NCBI GenBank assembly: GCA_034530875.2
Contig: JAVRCJ020000009.1
Location: 128,001-192,000 of the forward strand
Direction: 5' to 3'
Length of the DNA stretch: 64,000 nt
Origin: Nostoc sp. DedSLP01
Lineage (GTDB): Bacteria; Cyanobacteriota; Cyanobacteriia; Cyanobacteriales; Nostocaceae
Below the pieces are notes generated by a model. It ran no database searches. It saw nothing but the letters and a program-made list of their open reading frames with translations, and was not told the DNA's origin. This document shows positions 27,173 through 39,933 of this stretch, piece by piece. The translations under genes were made by a program, and so were the position numbers. Every line of letters begins with the position of its first letter. Position 1 is the first letter of the stretch.

Positions 27173-29251
27173 TTAAGCGTTCCCTTTGCTTTTTGCGATG
27201 ATAGTTTCAGCTACGCTGCGGGGCACCTCTTCGTAGTGGCTGAACTCCATCGTGAAGATACCACGACCTTGGGTCTTCGACCGGATATCGGTAGCGTAAC
27301 CGAACATGGTCGCTAGTGGAACTTTGGATGCCACCTTAGAGAGTCCCTGTTCAGTGCTTTGGCTTTCAATCTGCCCCCGACGAGATATGAGGTCGCCAAT
27401 GACGTTCCCCATAAAATCTTCAGGAACTTCCACTTCAACTTTCATCATAGGCTCTAACAGTACTGGTGAAGCTTTATGCACAGCTTCTTTCATTGCCATT
27501 GAGCCAGCAATTTTGAAAGCCATTTCTGAAGAGTCTACATCGTGGTATGACCCATCAACCAGTGTGGCTTTGACATCAATCAACGGATATCCAGCCAAGA
27601 ACCCGCTTTCACAGCTTTCTTTCATTCCTTGTTCTGCGGGGCCAATGTACTCTTTAGGTACGACACCACCAACAATTTTGGAGACGAATTCAAAGCCGCT
27701 GCCTGGTTCTCCCGGTTCTAAATCGATCACAACGTGACCGTATTGACCTTTACCACCGCTTTGGCGGATGAATTTACCTTCAACTCTGGTTACATGCTTG
27801 CGAATTGTTTCGCGGTAAGCTACTTGCGGCGCACCGACATTTGCTTCCACTTTGAATTCGCGTAACATCCGGTCTACCAGAATTTCTAGATGTAATTCTC
27901 CCATCCCGGCAATTACGGTTTGGTTGGTTTCTGGATCGACGCTGACGCGGAAGGTTGGGTCTTCTTCTGAGAGAGATTGCAGAGCCTTGGACAGTTTGTC
28001 CATATCGTTCTTGGTTTTGGGTTCAACCGCTACCGAGATTACAGGCTCAGGAATGAATAGAGATTCCAGAATTACTGGCGAACTATCATCACAGAGCGTG
28101 TCACCTGTCAAGGTGTCTTTTAATCCCAAGGCTGCTCCGAGATCGCCCGCACGCAATTCCTCCACATCTTGCCGTTCATCTGCCTTCATCAGAACTAAGC
28201 GAGAAATCCGTTCTTTTTTATTCTTAGTAGCGTTGAGAACGTAGCTACCTTTTTTCAGCACACCAGAATAAACACGAACGAAGGTGAGGCGGCCGTAAGG
28301 GTCAGCCATAATCTTGAATGCCAGAGCAGATAGAGGCTCATTGTCATCAGCTCTGCGTTCAACAGCATCACCATTTGGCAGTATGCCTTGAATTGGTGGA
28401 ACTTCACTTGGTGCAGGTAGGTAATCTACAACTGCATCAAGCATTAACTGTACGCCTTTATTTTTAAATGCCGAGCCACAAAGGACAGGCACAATTGTAC
28501 CCGCAATTGTACCAGTACGTAGAGCATTACGAATTTCTTCTTCTGTAAGTTCTTCGCCCTCGAAGTACTTAGTCATCAGATCGTCGTTAGTTTCTGCTAC
28601 TGCTTCGATAAGCTTTGTACGGTATTCTTCTACCTGCTCTTGCAAGTCGGCGGGGATATCCGTTTCTTGGATATCAGTTCCTTGGTCGTTGTTATAGATG
28701 TAGGCACGCAACCGCACCAGGTCAATAATACCTTTGAAGTCGTTTTCGCTACCAATTGGTAATTGAATGGCGATCGCATTTGCCCGCAAGCGATCGCGCA
28801 TTTGTTCGTGAACTTTATAAAAGTTCGCTCCTGTGCGATCCATCTTGTTAATAAAGGCGATCCGAGGCACTTTGTAGCGGTCTGCTTGTCGCCAAACTGT
28901 TTCCGACTGTGGTTGTACGCCACCCACAGAACAAAATACCGCGATGACACCATCCAACACGCGCATGGAACGCTCAACTTCAATTGTGAAGTCTACGTGA
29001 CCCGGAGTATCGATAATGTTAATTTGATGATCTTTCCAGCTGGTACTAATAGCAGCAGCAGTGATGGTGATTCCCCTCTCCCGCTCCTGATCCATCCAGT
29101 CTGTGACGGCAGTTCCTTCATGAACTTCGCCAATCTTATGAATTATCCCAGAGTAAAACAATATTCTCTCTGTTGTTGTTGTTTTGCCCGCATCTATATG
29201 CGCCGCAATACCGATGTTGCGTACTTTCTCTAGCGGGATCGTGCGTGCCAC
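27173..29251 (-). CDS. fusA: Elongation factor G
   Basis: [13 protein letters not shown] and NKMD motifs; 692 aa. Confidence 0.99.
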   Translation of the reverse strand: MARTIPLEKVRNIGIAAHIDAGKTTTTERILFYSGIIHKIGEVHEGTAVTDWMDQERERGITITAAAISTSWKDHQINIIDTPGHVDFTIEVERSMRVLDGVIAVFCSVGGVQPQSETVWRQADRYKVPRIAFINKMDRTGANFYKVHEQMRDRLRANAIAIQLPIGSENDFKGIIDLVRLRAYIYNNDQGTDIQETDIPADLQEQVEEYRTKLIEAVAETNDDLMTKYFEGEELTEEEIRNALRTGTIAGTIVPVLCGSAFKNKGVQLMLDAVVDYLPAPSEVPPIQGILPNGDAVERRADDNEPLSALAFKIMADPYGRLTFVRVYSGVLKKGSYVLNATKNKKERISRLVLMKADERQDVEELRAGDLGAALGLKDTLTGDTLCDDSSPVILESLFIPEPVISVAVEPKTKNDMDKLSKALQSLSEEDPTFRVSVDPETNQTVIAGMGELHLEILVDRMLREFKVEANVGAPQVAYRETIRKHVTRVEGKFIRQSGGKGQYGHVVIDLEPGEPGSGFEFVSKIVGGVVPKEYIGPAEQGMKESCESGFLAGYPLIDVKATLVDGSYHDVDSSEMAFKIAGSMAMKEAVHKASPVLLEPMMKVEVEVPEDFMGNVIGDLISRRGQIESQSTEQGLSKVASKVPLATMFGYATDIRSKTQGRGIFTMEFSHYEEVPRSVAETIIAKSKGNA

Positions 29252-29387
29252 AATTACCTCCTATAGTTTTGGCCTCATGATATCTTGTATATTACTCTTT
29301 GTTAAGATTCTATACTTTTACGGAAAACCGTCTTTTTTGTAAATCCACGATATACCGCTTGGATTGGGCGATATATCGCTTTTTTGC

Positions 29388-29858
29388 TTAGTAACGATAA
29401 TGTGCAAATGCTTTATTGGCTTCTGCCATCCGGTGGGTTTCTTCACGTTTGCGGATGGCATTTCCAGTTTCATTGGCAGCATCCATTAACTCATTTGCTA
29501 GTTTGCTGGCCATTGTGCGCCCTGGTCTAGAACGAGAAAATTGCACCAGCCAACGCAGTGCTAGGGTAGTACCCCGTTCTGAACGCACTTCCATTGGTAC
29601 TTGGTAAGTTGCTCCGCCGACTCGTCGAGCCTTGACTTCTACTAAAGGCGTAGCGTTGCGCACTGCTCTTTCAAAAGTTTCTAAGGCATTATTGCCAGTG
29701 CGTTCCTCAATGGTCTTTAATGCATCATAAACAATTCTAGCGGCAAGGGATTTCTTACCATGACGCATGATCCGCCTGATGATCATGCTTACAAGACGAC
29801 TGTTATATACGGAGTCAGACGGAACTGGGCGCCTTTGAATAACACCACGACGAGACAT
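29388..29858 (-). CDS. rpsG: 30S ribosomal protein S7
   Basis: [11 protein letters not shown] and [12 protein letters not shown] motifs. Confidence 0.99.
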   Translation of the reverse strand: MSRRGVIQRRPVPSDSVYNSRLVSMIIRRIMRHGKKSLAARIVYDALKTIEERTGNNALETFERAVRNATPLVEVKARRVGGATYQVPMEVRSERGTTLALRWLVQFSRSRPGRTMASKLANELMDAANETGNAIRKREETHRMAEANKAFAHYRY

Positions 29859-29973
29859 ACTTCACCTTTAATTCGGATTTGGCAACGAATTTATATGCTA
29901 TCAGACACCGGAAACTAAAAGCGGTAGAACCCAACCCTCAGACTTCCTCTATTTTTTCGAGCGTTGCAGCTGC

Positions 29974-30127
29974 CAATTTTAGATTTTAAATTTTGGATTT
30001 TGGATTAAAATTTTTCGTTAATATGCTCTTAACCTTGTGGTTGGAACAAATGAAAAATCAAGAGTCTGTAAGTTCATTCTCTCGAAGATTCGATAAATCT
30101 AAAATCGCAAATCTAAAATCTCAAATT
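29974..30127. repeat. MITE-like element bounded by inverted (ATTTTGG/AG) STRR arms in the rpsL-rpsG spacer
   Basis: aattttagattttaaattttggattttggatt ... aaatctaaaatcgcaaatctaaaatctcaaatt; the same arms occur at 45548-45617. Confidence 0.65.
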
Positions 30128-30392
30128 GTTTGACTTGCTAAGAGCAACTAAATACTCAAGGCGACAAGATTCTAAACCTTAATATCTAGATGAGAAATCT
30201 GTTGTTGTTACAGCATTCCCTTCAGAAATTCTACACTTGCTCGCTGAGTGTAGGTGTAGCTTGCTTGATTGTTTCAAACAAATACAACAGTCTTCATGAC
30301 TGCTGTTAGAACACAGGCGGCGATCGCTTTTTGTCTTTCAGCTTTTTTGGGACAGACGATTAATCGTATTTTGTGCGATTAATCGCCTAATC

Positions 30393-30776
30393 CTATTTTT
30401 TCGCTTCTTTTGGACGCTTGGTTCCATACTTGGAACGTCCTTGCTTGCGGTCTTTGACTCCGGCTGTATCTAAGGTGCCACGAATGATGTGGTATCTCAC
30501 GCCTGGTAAGTCTTTAACCCGACCGCCACGAATCATAACAACTGAGTGTTCTTGTAAGTTGTGACCAATCCCTGGAATGTAAGCTGTAACTTCAAACCCA
30601 GAGGTGAGTCTTACCCTTGCTACTTTGCGTAGAGCTGAGTTAGGCTTTTTTGGTGTGGTCGTGTATACTCTGGTACAAACTCCCCGACGCTGGGGGCATT
30701 GTTTCAGAGCCGGAGACTTGGTTTTCTGACGCGCTTGTTCGCGTTCGTTACGTATTAGCTGCTGTATTGTTGGCAT
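30393..30776 (-). CDS. rpsL: 30S ribosomal protein S12
   Basis: [10 protein letters not shown] and [10 protein letters not shown] motifs. Confidence 0.99.
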   Translation of the reverse strand: MPTIQQLIRNEREQARQKTKSPALKQCPQRRGVCTRVYTTTPKKPNSALRKVARVRLTSGFEVTAYIPGIGHNLQEHSVVMIRGGRVKDLPGVRYHIIRGTLDTAGVKDRKQGRSKYGTKRPKEAKK

Positions 30777-30825
30777 GAGTTACAGCGCGTAAAGCTGCTT
30801 ATGGTCTAAGTTTTAACAAATCCTG

Positions 30826-30855
30826 ATTATATCTTTTTTTAGCCGTTTATGTCAA
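30826..30855 (-). promoter_or_regulatory. Consensus sigma70-type promoter of the str operon
   Basis: Minus strand TTGACA (30855-30850), N18, TATAAT (30831-30826), about 50 nt upstream of rpsL. Confidence 0.85.
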
Positions 30856-30942
30856 TTCTCATTTGTCAGTTGTCCTTTGTTCTTTGTCATTAGGCATTCG
30901 TCTTTTTTGTTCGACCAATGACTAATGACTAATGACAATTGA

Positions 30943-31269
30943 CTAATTACCAATGGAAAAGGAATTGCCACAGGTACAGCTAGCGATCGCTTGGGGGTTG
31001 TTGAACCGAAAACCACCACCCATTAAGTCTTCTGCATAATCTACTGTCAAACCGTTGAGTCGATCTAAACTTTCGGCGTCTACGATTACTTGCACTTCGT
31101 CGAAGTCAAAAACGCGATCGCCAGCTTTTATTGTCTTATCAAAAGACATATCATAAAACAACCCCGAACAGCCACCTGGTTTTACTGCCAAGCGAAATAA
31201 AACCTCTGGCTGCTGCTTGGACTTGATTCGCACGATTTCACTCGTAGCTGCTTGACTCAGATGAATCAT
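30943..31269 (-). CDS. HesB/IscA family Fe-S cluster assembly accessory protein
   Basis: GGCSG and CTCGNSF motifs. Confidence 0.93.
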   Translation of the reverse strand: MIHLSQAATSEIVRIKSKQQPEVLFRLAVKPGGCSGLFYDMSFDKTIKAGDRVFDFDEVQVIVDAESLDRLNGLTVDYAEDLMGGGFRFNNPQAIASCTCGNSFSIGN

Positions 31270-31411
31270 GAAATTCGTTTTTGCAATTGAATAACCTATC
31301 TTAATTCTACAGTTCGGTTGACCGTGCCAATTTGAGATTTGAGATTTTGCATTAAAAATAAAGCGATCGCTCTTAGCTCATATAACTACATTGTATACCA
31401 ATAAGATAATT

Positions 31412-31440
31412 GAGTCCCTACCTCAACTAGATAGGGACTC
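31412..31440. terminator. Hairpin downstream of the cupin gene
   Basis: GAGTCCCTA ... TAGGGACTC, a 9-bp stem. Confidence 0.55.
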
Positions 31441-31521
31441 TTAATGTGCTGTACTAAGGAAAGTTTACACAAATAATGTATTTAGTTTTTCGATGAGAGC
31501 TTTTATAGCGTTGTTTTAGTT

Positions 31522-31941
31522 TTAATCCTTGGTACGAGCATAATCATCTTGGTAACGAATAATATCGTCTTCACCCAAGTATTCGCCATTTTGCACCTCA
31601 ATTAACACCAAAGGAATCACGCCAGGATTCTCTAAACGATGAGCTGTGCACTGAGGTACATAGGTTGACTCATTATTGCTCAGTAATACTTCTTTCTCGC
31701 CACAAACTACCTTAGCTGTACCAGAGACGACAATCCAGTGTTCGCTGCGGTGATGATGCATTTGTAAACTGAGGCGATGTCCGGGCTTAACTTCAATACG
31801 CTTGATTTTGTATCCACGTCCTTCTTCCAATACTGTAAAAGCGCCCCAAGGACGTAACTCAGTTGCAGCAATGCTTTTGGAACTAATAGCTGAAGGAATG
31901 TGTAGAGTATCAGTCTGTGTAGCTTCTTGATATCGAGCCAT
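31522..31941 (-). CDS. Mannose-6-phosphate isomerase type II C-terminal cupin protein
   Basis: RPWG, LSLQMHHHRSEHW and EVQNGEYLGEDDIIR motifs; GAGG RBS before ATG 31941. Confidence 0.92.
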   Translation of the reverse strand: MARYQEATQTDTLHIPSAISSKSIAATELRPWGAFTVLEEGRGYKIKRIEVKPGHRLSLQMHHHRSEHWIVVSGTAKVVCGEKEVLLSNNESTYVPQCTAHRLENPGVIPLVLIEVQNGEYLGEDDIIRYQDDYARTKD

Positions 31942-32279
31942 AGTTACCTCATTTGGAGACATAACAAACCGTCATTACTTTTAAAATATTGATGAAAATT
32001 TCTGACGCTATCTTGCAATCTTGAAAATTACGCATTTTCTTCCACCTTGCTAAAGATAACAAAATCAAACGTGGGGATGTAAACCATTACTATTAAAACT
32101 TTTAGGTTTACACTAAGTCTTCATCAAGCAAAATGGCAGCTTGTTCTAAACTTTAAAAAGCAACTGGGGACTGGTGACTGGTGACTGGGACTAAGGACTA
32201 GAGAATAAGATTAAGGAAAAATATTATTTTCAATTCTAAATACCGAATCTCAAATATCCAATTCCCAATCACTGGCCCC

Positions 32280-34322
32280 TCATTTTTTCAGGAAAATACC
32301 AATGCCATTGTGGACACGAGCAGCTGTACTGGGGAAGCGATCGAGTAGTTGTCCTCCCAAATAAAGGCTGGTAGAACTACCACCATCCAAGTTGAGGGCG
32401 TTCACACACCCCATTTGTTGCATGAGTTGGGCATGTTCTGCTAATGTCGGACCATAACCACCAACACGATTATGCACAGCAGTAATCATTAGCTTGCCTG
32501 TTGTTGTTGTACAAATACCGCTACGAATAGCTTTTTCTGCAATAAAGGCATTGCTAAATTTTTCAGCTTTGGCATCAAGGACAATTTGACGATTTTGAAT
32601 TAATAGCGGCCCTGCTCCAATAATGTGAGGATAACGATTAAAATCAGCAGGAACAGCAGCGCTGGAAATATTAACTGTTGTACCAACAGGTAACTGTGGG
32701 GCACTAGCAGTAGCAGTGCCACGTAAAATTAGTAGATAGCCATCCTGGGGAATAGGAATTGTTTGTTCGCCAACTTTGCCGCCTGGTAGTTGATTAGTAA
32801 TTTGGTTCTTTTGTACTACCAAAATAATTTCGTTGTCCGTTAGAGGTGTGTAAGTTGTTCCCCACACAGGAGTATAACGGGCAATACCACTCTGAACGTA
32901 CCCACTATTAAGAAATAGTATTGGTAAGCGTTGGTTATTTCCAGCATTCAAAGTTTCTTCTAAGGTGAGGCGACCAAAATAAAATTGACCAGAATCATTC
33001 CAGGCGATCGCTCCTCGGTTGAGAATAGGCCCTGATAACCACTGACCATCTCGGCGGATTCCACCCAAAGGCAATTTGTTATTGCGGTTAAAATAACCCC
33101 CATTAATTGCAGCGACAGCTGAGTAGCGTTGTGCTGTCTGCATGATGGGAGCAATGCCTGTAAGTGTATTCGGGGTAACCCAGATAGGTTTCAATGTTAG
33201 TCCAGCTTGGCGGGGATTGAGTTCTAACCAAACCACTGGAAAGCGTTCTTGACCTAAAGAAATATAACGCTGTTGCCAGCGCAAGCCTGGTGCCCAAGTG
33301 ATATTCCGATCTTCTAAGGGATCGGGTCGAATATCTATAATTACGCGATGGGGATTTGCCACAGTACTAACTCGAGGCGATAAGCCAAAGGGAACACTCA
33401 AGCGAATAATGGTTTGGTTGTTTACCACTTCTACTTTTTGGATTAGTGGTTCTGGGGTTAGTACTGGTGGTATAACTGGCGATAATTGTTTAAGTAGAGG
33501 CAGTAATGTTGGAGGAGTTACTGGTAATGGCTGGGGAGTATAGCGTTGTATTAAAACTGGATCGGCTATTGCATCCAGAGTAACTGTCCACTCGCGATTT
33601 GGCGGTGTGGTAGATTTGGGCGGCGGTGTGTCTGGATCGGGAGATGTAGTTGGAATTGCTTTCACAGGCGCTCCTTGTGCAACTTGCCAAGGAGTTGGAT
33701 TATTTAAATCGACAAGAATCCGACTTTGCTGCAAAGGAGTAACACTTGCACCTGGAGGTTGCTGGTCAACAATGTTTGTGAGTTGCGCTTTTGGGGTGAT
33801 AATTACTAAAGTGTTGCCATTAGTTGTGATTTGCCATCCAGATGTTTGAGCAAAATTGGTAATATCGAGATAGCGATATCCGCCTAGTAGCGTAGTGCTC
33901 AAAACTAGCGGCTTGGTTAAGGAGGAAAACCACTGTATTGGTTGCTTATTCCAATCGGTACTGTTTAAAAAATTTACTCCGATTAACTGCCGGAGGGCGC
34001 CATCACTGAGATGAGTGGTGATTTGATTGGCTGTTCCAGGTCGCTGCAACCAGCTTACTGGTAAGGTTCGCCCATTGAGGGAAATTTGATTGCCAACCTT
34101 TGGCGATCGCAATGTTGCTGAAGGAGATGTCGGTGACTGTGAAATCAACCTTGGTATTGGTTTAGCATTTTTTGGCGACTCCTGAGCATTAGCATAGTTA
34201 CTAGCTAAACACAGTGCGATCGCAATTATTGGTGACACAGTAGCGCCTATAAACCTGCTATTTCCACTCAGCGAAATAGCTCTGGGATATTGCTTTTGGC
34301 AACAATTCAGGATTTTTACCAT
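32280..34322 (-). CDS. Secreted phosphodiester glycosidase (NAGPA/DUF2233) family protein
   Basis: AAINGGYF, GAGPLL and ALNLDGGSS motifs; N-terminal signal-like segment. Confidence 0.9.
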   Translation of the reverse strand: MVKILNCCQKQYPRAISLSGNSRFIGATVSPIIAIALCLASNYANAQESPKNAKPIPRLISQSPTSPSATLRSPKVGNQISLNGRTLPVSWLQRPGTANQITTHLSDGALRQLIGVNFLNSTDWNKQPIQWFSSLTKPLVLSTTLLGGYRYLDITNFAQTSGWQITTNGNTLVIITPKAQLTNIVDQQPPGASVTPLQQSRILVDLNNPTPWQVAQGAPVKAIPTTSPDPDTPPPKSTTPPNREWTVTLDAIADPVLIQRYTPQPLPVTPPTLLPLLKQLSPVIPPVLTPEPLIQKVEVVNNQTIIRLSVPFGLSPRVSTVANPHRVIIDIRPDPLEDRNITWAPGLRWQQRYISLGQERFPVVWLELNPRQAGLTLKPIWVTPNTLTGIAPIMQTAQRYSAVAAINGGYFNRNNKLPLGGIRRDGQWLSGPILNRGAIAWNDSGQFYFGRLTLEETLNAGNNQRLPILFLNSGYVQSGIARYTPVWGTTYTPLTDNEIILVVQKNQITNQLPGGKVGEQTIPIPQDGYLLILRGTATASAPQLPVGTTVNISSAAVPADFNRYPHIIGAGPLLIQNRQIVLDAKAEKFSNAFIAEKAIRSGICTTTTGKLMITAVHNRVGGYGPTLAEHAQLMQQMGCVNALNLDGGSSTSLYLGGQLLDRFPSTAARVHNGIGIFLKK

Positions 34323-35075
34323 AATTTACTAGGTATTTTTCAAAACTCACACCCAAGGTATAAACTAACTAATTATTTGCAAATATAAAAAAGCTGATGT
34401 TTTTTTGCTAAAAAACATGATATTCTGTATATTGGCTTGTTATCTCTATTGAAAATAAACAACCATTGAGTCGCTTCTGCAACTCAAACTTGAGTGTTCC
34501 AACTGGCACTAATACAAACTACACTATACACGGTAGTGTTAGTTATCAAAACTGGATTAAGATATTCAATCCTCACTATTAGTTGCAACCTTTGCTACTT
34601 GAGTGGGGCGTAATTGCTGGTAAAACAGGTGGCAACTGGGAAACAGAAATTTGTGGAAATTGTCAAATGGGTATATATTGTAATACGCTGATTTTATTTC
34701 TAGATCGGGATAGTCTTGATTTGAAAACCTAGTGTAGCGTCCAGTTCAAGTTGTGTTTCAGGCGAGCCAGAATAGGCTCTAAAAATAGCTAGCGTGCATC
34801 TGGAAAAAGGGAATTGAGAAAATACTTAGCTTCAAAATATAGAAAACAAACTGTCAGGGCAACAATAATGTCTTGGCTGAAATAGCTTGTCTCAGACCGC
34901 ATAAATACATAAAAAATACGCAATTATTTTAACACAGGTTAACTAACAAGTAAAACCGAAGTTAAAATTTTTTTTCCCTAAATTTCACTGCTGAAGTATT
35001 TCTGCATCGCTGGATTGCAAAATTTTTCTCATAAGTAATGGCAAAATTGGTAACTCAACAGTTCAGGTACAGGGT

Positions 35076-38000
35076 ATGAATAATAAATCGATGAATCAAG
35101 ACCAAAAAATCACAGCAAATATTGACTCAATAGATACCTGTCAGGGGCAAAGGTGGTTAGTAGAAGAACGGGATGCCTGTGGTGTAGGTTTTATTGCTCA
35201 TCGTCAAAATCATGCCAGCCATGAAGTTGTTGACAAAGCTTTAGCTGCTTTGACTTGCCTAGAACACCGAGGAGGGTGTAGTGCTGACCAAGACTCTGGT
35301 GATGGTGCAGGAGTATTGACGGCAATTCCTTGGGAGTTGTTACAACAGGAGTTTGCCCAAAAAGGGCAGGAATTGCCATCTACTAGCAACAAAGCTGTGG
35401 GAATGATTTTCTTACCACAAGACCAAGAAGCAGCCCAAAAAGCTAGGGCAGTAGTTGAGCAAGTAGCTGCTGAAGAAAAATTGACTGTAGTGGGATGGCG
35501 AGTAGTGCCAGTACAACCCAATTTACTAGGTATACAAGCAAGAGAAAATCAACCCCAGATCGAACAAGTAATCCTTGCTTCTGAAGATAAAAGCGGTGAT
35601 GAACTGGAACGTCAGTTGTATATTACTCGTCGCCGTATTGGAAAAGCTGCATACAACCTCTCAGAAGAATTTTATATCTGCTCTTTGTCCAGCCGAACAA
35701 TTGTCTACAAAGGTATGGTGCGTTCGGCTGTATTGGGCGAGTTTTATCAAGATTTGCAAAATCCAGCTTATACAAGTGCCTTTGCTGTTTATCACCGTCG
35801 CTTTAGTACCAACACGATGCCCAAGTGGCCGCTAGCGCAACCTATGCGGCTTTTGGGTCACAATGGCGAAATCAACACCTTGTTGGGCAACATCAACTGG
35901 ATGATGGCACGAGAAGCTACTCTGAATCATCCAGTGTGGGGCGATCGCATTAAGGAACTCAAGCCATTAGTCCACGTTGACAACAGCGACTCAGCAACTT
36001 TAGATAATGTACTGGAATTGCTGGTGCGTTCTGGACGCAGCCCCTTGGAAGCCTTAATGATTATGGTTCCAGAGGCTTACAAAAATCAGCCTTCTTTAAA
36101 TGAATATCCAGAAATTGTTGATTTCTACGAATACTACAGCGGTCTGCAAGAAGCATGGGATGGTCCGGCACTTTTAGTATTCAGCGATGGCGAAAAAGTA
36201 GGCGCAACACTAGATAGGAATGGATTAAGACCGGCTCGTTACTTAGTTACCGAAGATGATTACATTGTTGTCGCTTCAGAAGCAGGAGTCGTGGACTTTC
36301 CCGAAGCCAAGATTATCGAGAAAGGTAGGCTAGGCCCGGGGCAAATGATTGCTGTGGATTTAGTCAATCATGAAGTGCTGAAGAATTGGGATATCAAGGC
36401 GCGCATCGCCAAGCAGCAACGATATGGAGAATGGCTGCAACAATACCGTCAAGAATTAAAGTCATTGGTCATTAGTCATACGTCATCAACAAATGGCAAC
36501 GGCAAAGGACAAATTACCAACGACCAAGGGCAATTAATTGACAAACAAACTTTACTGCAACTGCAAACCGCCTTTGGTTACACCACAGAAGATGTGGAAA
36601 TGATTATCCAACAAATGGCGATCGCCGGTTCGGAACCGACTTTCTGCATGGGCGATGATATACCTTTGGCCGTATTGTCAGAAAAGCCCCACCTGCTGTA
36701 CGACTATTTCAAACAGCGCTTTGCACAGGTAACCAACCCGGCCATCGATCCCCTACGGGAAAAGCTGGTGATGTCTTTGAAAGTCGAGTTGGGCGAACGC
36801 GGTAACTTGTTAGAAGCAAAGCCAGAATATGCGCGGAGATTGAGGCTTGAGTCGCCGGTGTTGAACGAAACAGAATTAGAGGCGATTAAGCTATCAGGAT
36901 TTGCCACCGCCGAATTATCGACTTTATTTGCTATTACTGACGGCCCAGAAGGATTAAAAGCCGCTGTCGAGGCTTTACAAGCACAAGCGGCTGAATCAGT
37001 AAGGGCAGGAGCAAAGATTTTAATCTTAAGCGATCGGCTAAATCATGGTATCGGCACAGAATACACTTACATTCCTCCCCTGTTAGCAGTGGGTGCAGTG
37101 CATCATCACCTGATTCGGGAAGGGTTGCGCATGAAAACATCCCTGATTGCCGATACTGCTCAATGCTGGAGTACTCATCACTTTGCTTGTCTGATTGGCT
37201 ATGGTGCTGGTGCTGTTTGCCCTTACATGGCTTTAGACACAGTACGCGATTGGTGGTCTGATGCCAAAACTCAAAAATTAATGTTTGAGGTGAAAAAAAT
37301 TCCCGCCCTGACTCTAGAGCAAGCTTTAGCAAACTATCGTAAAGCTGTAGAGTCGGGTTTGCTGAAAATCCTCTCCAAAATGGGAATTTCTTTGCTCTCC
37401 AGCTATCAAGCAGCCCAAATTTTTGAAGCCATTGGCATCGGTAAGGATTTAATCGAGTTGGGATTTCGTGGGACTACTTCCCGCATCGGTGGTTTGAGTG
37501 TCAGCGAACTCGCAGATGAAGTACTTTCCTTCCATAGCAAAGCTTTCCCCGAACTGACAAACAAGAAATTAGAAAACTTGGGTTTTGTACAGTACCGTCC
37601 TAACGGCGAGTACCACATGAATAGCCCGGAAATGGTGAAGGCGCTGCATAAAGCTCTAGATGGCAACAACTACGACCACTACGAAGTTTACAAAAAACAC
37701 CTCCAAGGCAGACCATTAACGGCTTTACGCGACTTACTTGACTTCCAAGGCGATCGCTCGCCCATATCTATTGACGAAGTAGAGTCTGTAAGTGAAATCG
37801 TCCAACGCTTCTGTACTGGTGGCATGTCTTTAGGCGCTCTGTCAAGAGAAGCCCATGAAACTTTAGCGATCGCCATGAATCGCATTGGCGGTAAATCCAA
37901 CTCTGGGGAAGGCGGCGAAGACCCAGTGCGCTATACAATCCTGAATGATGTAGATGAATCGGGACACTCACCAACCCTGCCTCATTTAAAAGGATTGCGA

Positions 38001-39761
38001 AATGGCGATCGCGCTTATAGTGCCATCAAGCAAGTTGCATCGGGACGCTTTGGTGTGACGCCAGAGTATCTAGTCAACGCCAAGCAAATTGAAATCAAAA
38101 TTGCCCAAGGTGCCAAGCCTGGGGAAGGCGGACAACTACCAGGGCCGAAAGTCAGCGAATACATTGCCATGTTAAGACGCTCTAAGCCTGGTGTAACGCT
38201 GATTTCGCCACCACCCCACCACGATATTTACTCCATTGAAGACTTAGCCCAGCTAATTTTTGACCTGCACCAAATTAATCCCAAAGCAAAAGTATCGGTG
38301 AAACTAGTTGCAGAAGTCGGTATTGGCACGATCGCTGCTGGTGTAGCCAAGGCAAATGCTGATATTATCCAAATTTCCGGCCATGATGGTGGTACTGGTG
38401 CATCGCCATTGAGTTCCATTAAACATGCAGGTTCGCCTTGGGAACTGGGTTTAAGTGAAGTGCATCGCGTTTTGATGGAAAATAGCTTGCGCGATCGCGT
38501 GATTTTACGCGTTGATGGCGGCCTTAAGAGTGGCTGGGATGTAGTTATAGGTGCATTGATGGGTGCTGAAGAATTCGGCTTTGGCTCCATTGCCATGATT
38601 GCCGAAGGCTGCATTATGGCGCGTATCTGCCACACAAATAACTGTCCTGTGGGCGTTGCTTCCCAAAAAGAAGAACTCCGCAAGCGGTTTACAGGCATAC
38701 CAGAACAAGTTGTCAACTTCTTCTACTTCATCGCCCAAGAAGTGCGGAGTTTGTTAGCAAGACTTGGCTATCGTTCTTTGTCAGAAATCATCGGACGTGC
38801 AGATTTGTTGACAGTGCGACCGGATGTACAACTTACCAAAACGCGATCGCTAAATCTCAACTGTTTACTTCAGCTACCAGATAGCAAAGAAAATCGCCGC
38901 TGGTTACTGCATGAAGAAGTCCACAGCAATGGTGCGGTTTTGGATGACCAATTGCTTGCCGATCCCGATATTAAAGCTGCTATCAAAAACCAATCTGCTG
39001 TTACCAAAACCTTGCCCATAGTCAATACTGACCGAACAGTGGGTACAAGATTAGCAGGAGCGATCGCTTCCCAGTACGGTGATAGTGGTTTTGAAGGACA
39101 AATTCATCTCAACTTTACAGGTAGTGTTGGGCAAAGCTTTGGCGCCTTCAACCTGCCAGGCATTATTCTGACCCTAGAAGGTGAGGCAAACGACTATGTA
39201 GGCAAAGGAATGCACGGTGGTGAAATAATCATCAAACCTCCATCTGCTGCCACTTATAACTCATCGCAAAACGTCATAGTCGGTAATACTTGCCTGTATG
39301 GCGCTACTGGTGGCATATTATTTGCCAACGGTTTAGCAGGAGAACGCTTTGCTGTCAGAAACTCCAAAGGCGTAGCAGTGATTGAAGGTGCTGGGGATCA
39401 TTGCTGCGAGTACATGACTGGTGGTGTAATTGTCGTTCTTGGTAAAGTCGGACGTAACGTCGCTGCTGGAATGACCGGTGGACTGGCATACTTTTTAGAT
39501 GAAGACGGTTCATTCCCTGAATTAGTCAACCCAGAAATTGTCAAGATGCAGCGAGTAATTTCCCAAGTTGGTGCAAAGCAATTGCAAGAGTTAATCAAAA
39601 CTCATGCAGAACGTACCGGTTCACCAAAGGCGAAGAAAATTTTGCAAAACTGGCAAGAATTTTTGCCGAAATTCTGGCAGTTGGTTCCACCTTCTGAAGC
39701 TGATAGTCCAGAGGCTAATCCAGAAAAAACAGCTGAGTTCAGTTTAGTAACTAGCCATTAA
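35076..39761 (+). CDS. glsF: Ferredoxin-dependent glutamate synthase (Fd-GOGAT)
   Basis: ERDACGVGF Ntn-amidotransferase start, [11 protein letters not shown] domain, and [13 protein letters not shown] 3Fe-4S motif. No adjacent gltD. Confidence 0.93.
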   Translation: MNNKSMNQDQKITANIDSIDTCQGQRWLVEERDACGVGFIAHRQNHASHEVVDKALAALTCLEHRGGCSADQDSGDGAGVLTAIPWELLQQEFAQKGQELPSTSNKAVGMIFLPQDQEAAQKARAVVEQVAAEEKLTVVGWRVVPVQPNLLGIQARENQPQIEQVILASEDKSGDELERQLYITRRRIGKAAYNLSEEFYICSLSSRTIVYKGMVRSAVLGEFYQDLQNPAYTSAFAVYHRRFSTNTMPKWPLAQPMRLLGHNGEINTLLGNINWMMAREATLNHPVWGDRIKELKPLVHVDNSDSATLDNVLELLVRSGRSPLEALMIMVPEAYKNQPSLNEYPEIVDFYEYYSGLQEAWDGPALLVFSDGEKVGATLDRNGLRPARYLVTEDDYIVVASEAGVVDFPEAKIIEKGRLGPGQMIAVDLVNHEVLKNWDIKARIAKQQRYGEWLQQYRQELKSLVISHTSSTNGNGKGQITNDQGQLIDKQTLLQLQTAFGYTTEDVEMIIQQMAIAGSEPTFCMGDDIPLAVLSEKPHLLYDYFKQRFAQVTNPAIDPLREKLVMSLKVELGERGNLLEAKPEYARRLRLESPVLNETELEAIKLSGFATAELSTLFAITDGPEGLKAAVEALQAQAAESVRAGAKILILSDRLNHGIGTEYTYIPPLLAVGAVHHHLIREGLRMKTSLIADTAQCWSTHHFACLIGYGAGAVCPYMALDTVRDWWSDAKTQKLMFEVKKIPALTLEQALANYRKAVESGLLKILSKMGISLLSSYQAAQIFEAIGIGKDLIELGFRGTTSRIGGLSVSELADEVLSFHSKAFPELTNKKLENLGFVQYRPNGEYHMNSPEMVKALHKALDGNNYDHYEVYKKHLQGRPLTALRDLLDFQGDRSPISIDEVESVSEIVQRFCTGGMSLGALSREAHETLAIAMNRIGGKSNSGEGGEDPVRYTILNDVDESGHSPTLPHLKGLRNGDRAYSAIKQVASGRFGVTPEYLVNAKQIEIKIAQGAKPGEGGQLPGPKVSEYIAMLRRSKPGVTLISPPPHHDIYSIEDLAQLIFDLHQINPKAKVSVKLVAEVGIGTIAAGVAKANADIIQISGHDGGTGASPLSSIKHAGSPWELGLSEVHRVLMENSLRDRVILRVDGGLKSGWDVVIGALMGAEEFGFGSIAMIAEGCIMARICHTNNCPVGVASQKEELRKRFTGIPEQVVNFFYFIAQEVRSLLARLGYRSLSEIIGRADLLTVRPDVQLTKTRSLNLNCLLQLPDSKENRRWLLHEEVHSNGAVLDDQLLADPDIKAAIKNQSAVTKTLPIVNTDRTVGTRLAGAIASQYGDSGFEGQIHLNFTGSVGQSFGAFNLPGIILTLEGEANDYVGKGMHGGEIIIKPPSAATYNSSQNVIVGNTCLYGATGGILFANGLAGERFAVRNSKGVAVIEGAGDHCCEYMTGGVIVVLGKVGRNVAAGMTGGLAYFLDEDGSFPELVNPEIVKMQRVISQVGAKQLQELIKTHAERTGSPKAKKILQNWQEFLPKFWQLVPPSEADSPEANPEKTAEFSLVTSH

Positions 39762-39768
39762 TAAATCA

Positions 39769-39799
39769 GATCCCTGACTTTTTTGAAAAGCCGGGGATC
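39769..39799. repeat. GATCCCCG-type palindromic dispersed repeat / hairpin after the GOGAT stop
   Basis: GATCCCTGACTTTTTTGAAAAGCCGGGGATC. Confidence 0.65.
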
Positions 39800-39933
39800 G
39801 GTGGCTAATAATTTTGAAAAAATCAAAAATTATGTAGTATTTTAGTTGTTAGCTCCATAAATTAACTTATGGGCTGACGACTATTTTTATTTGTATTATT
39901 TTGACTTTTGGGTGATTAGAAGATTAATAATTA

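Noticed and set aside
25807..29607. Several plus-strand ORFs of 60-156 aa opposite tuf, fusA and rpsG
   Set aside because: Antisense shadows caused by codon bias of highly expressed genes.
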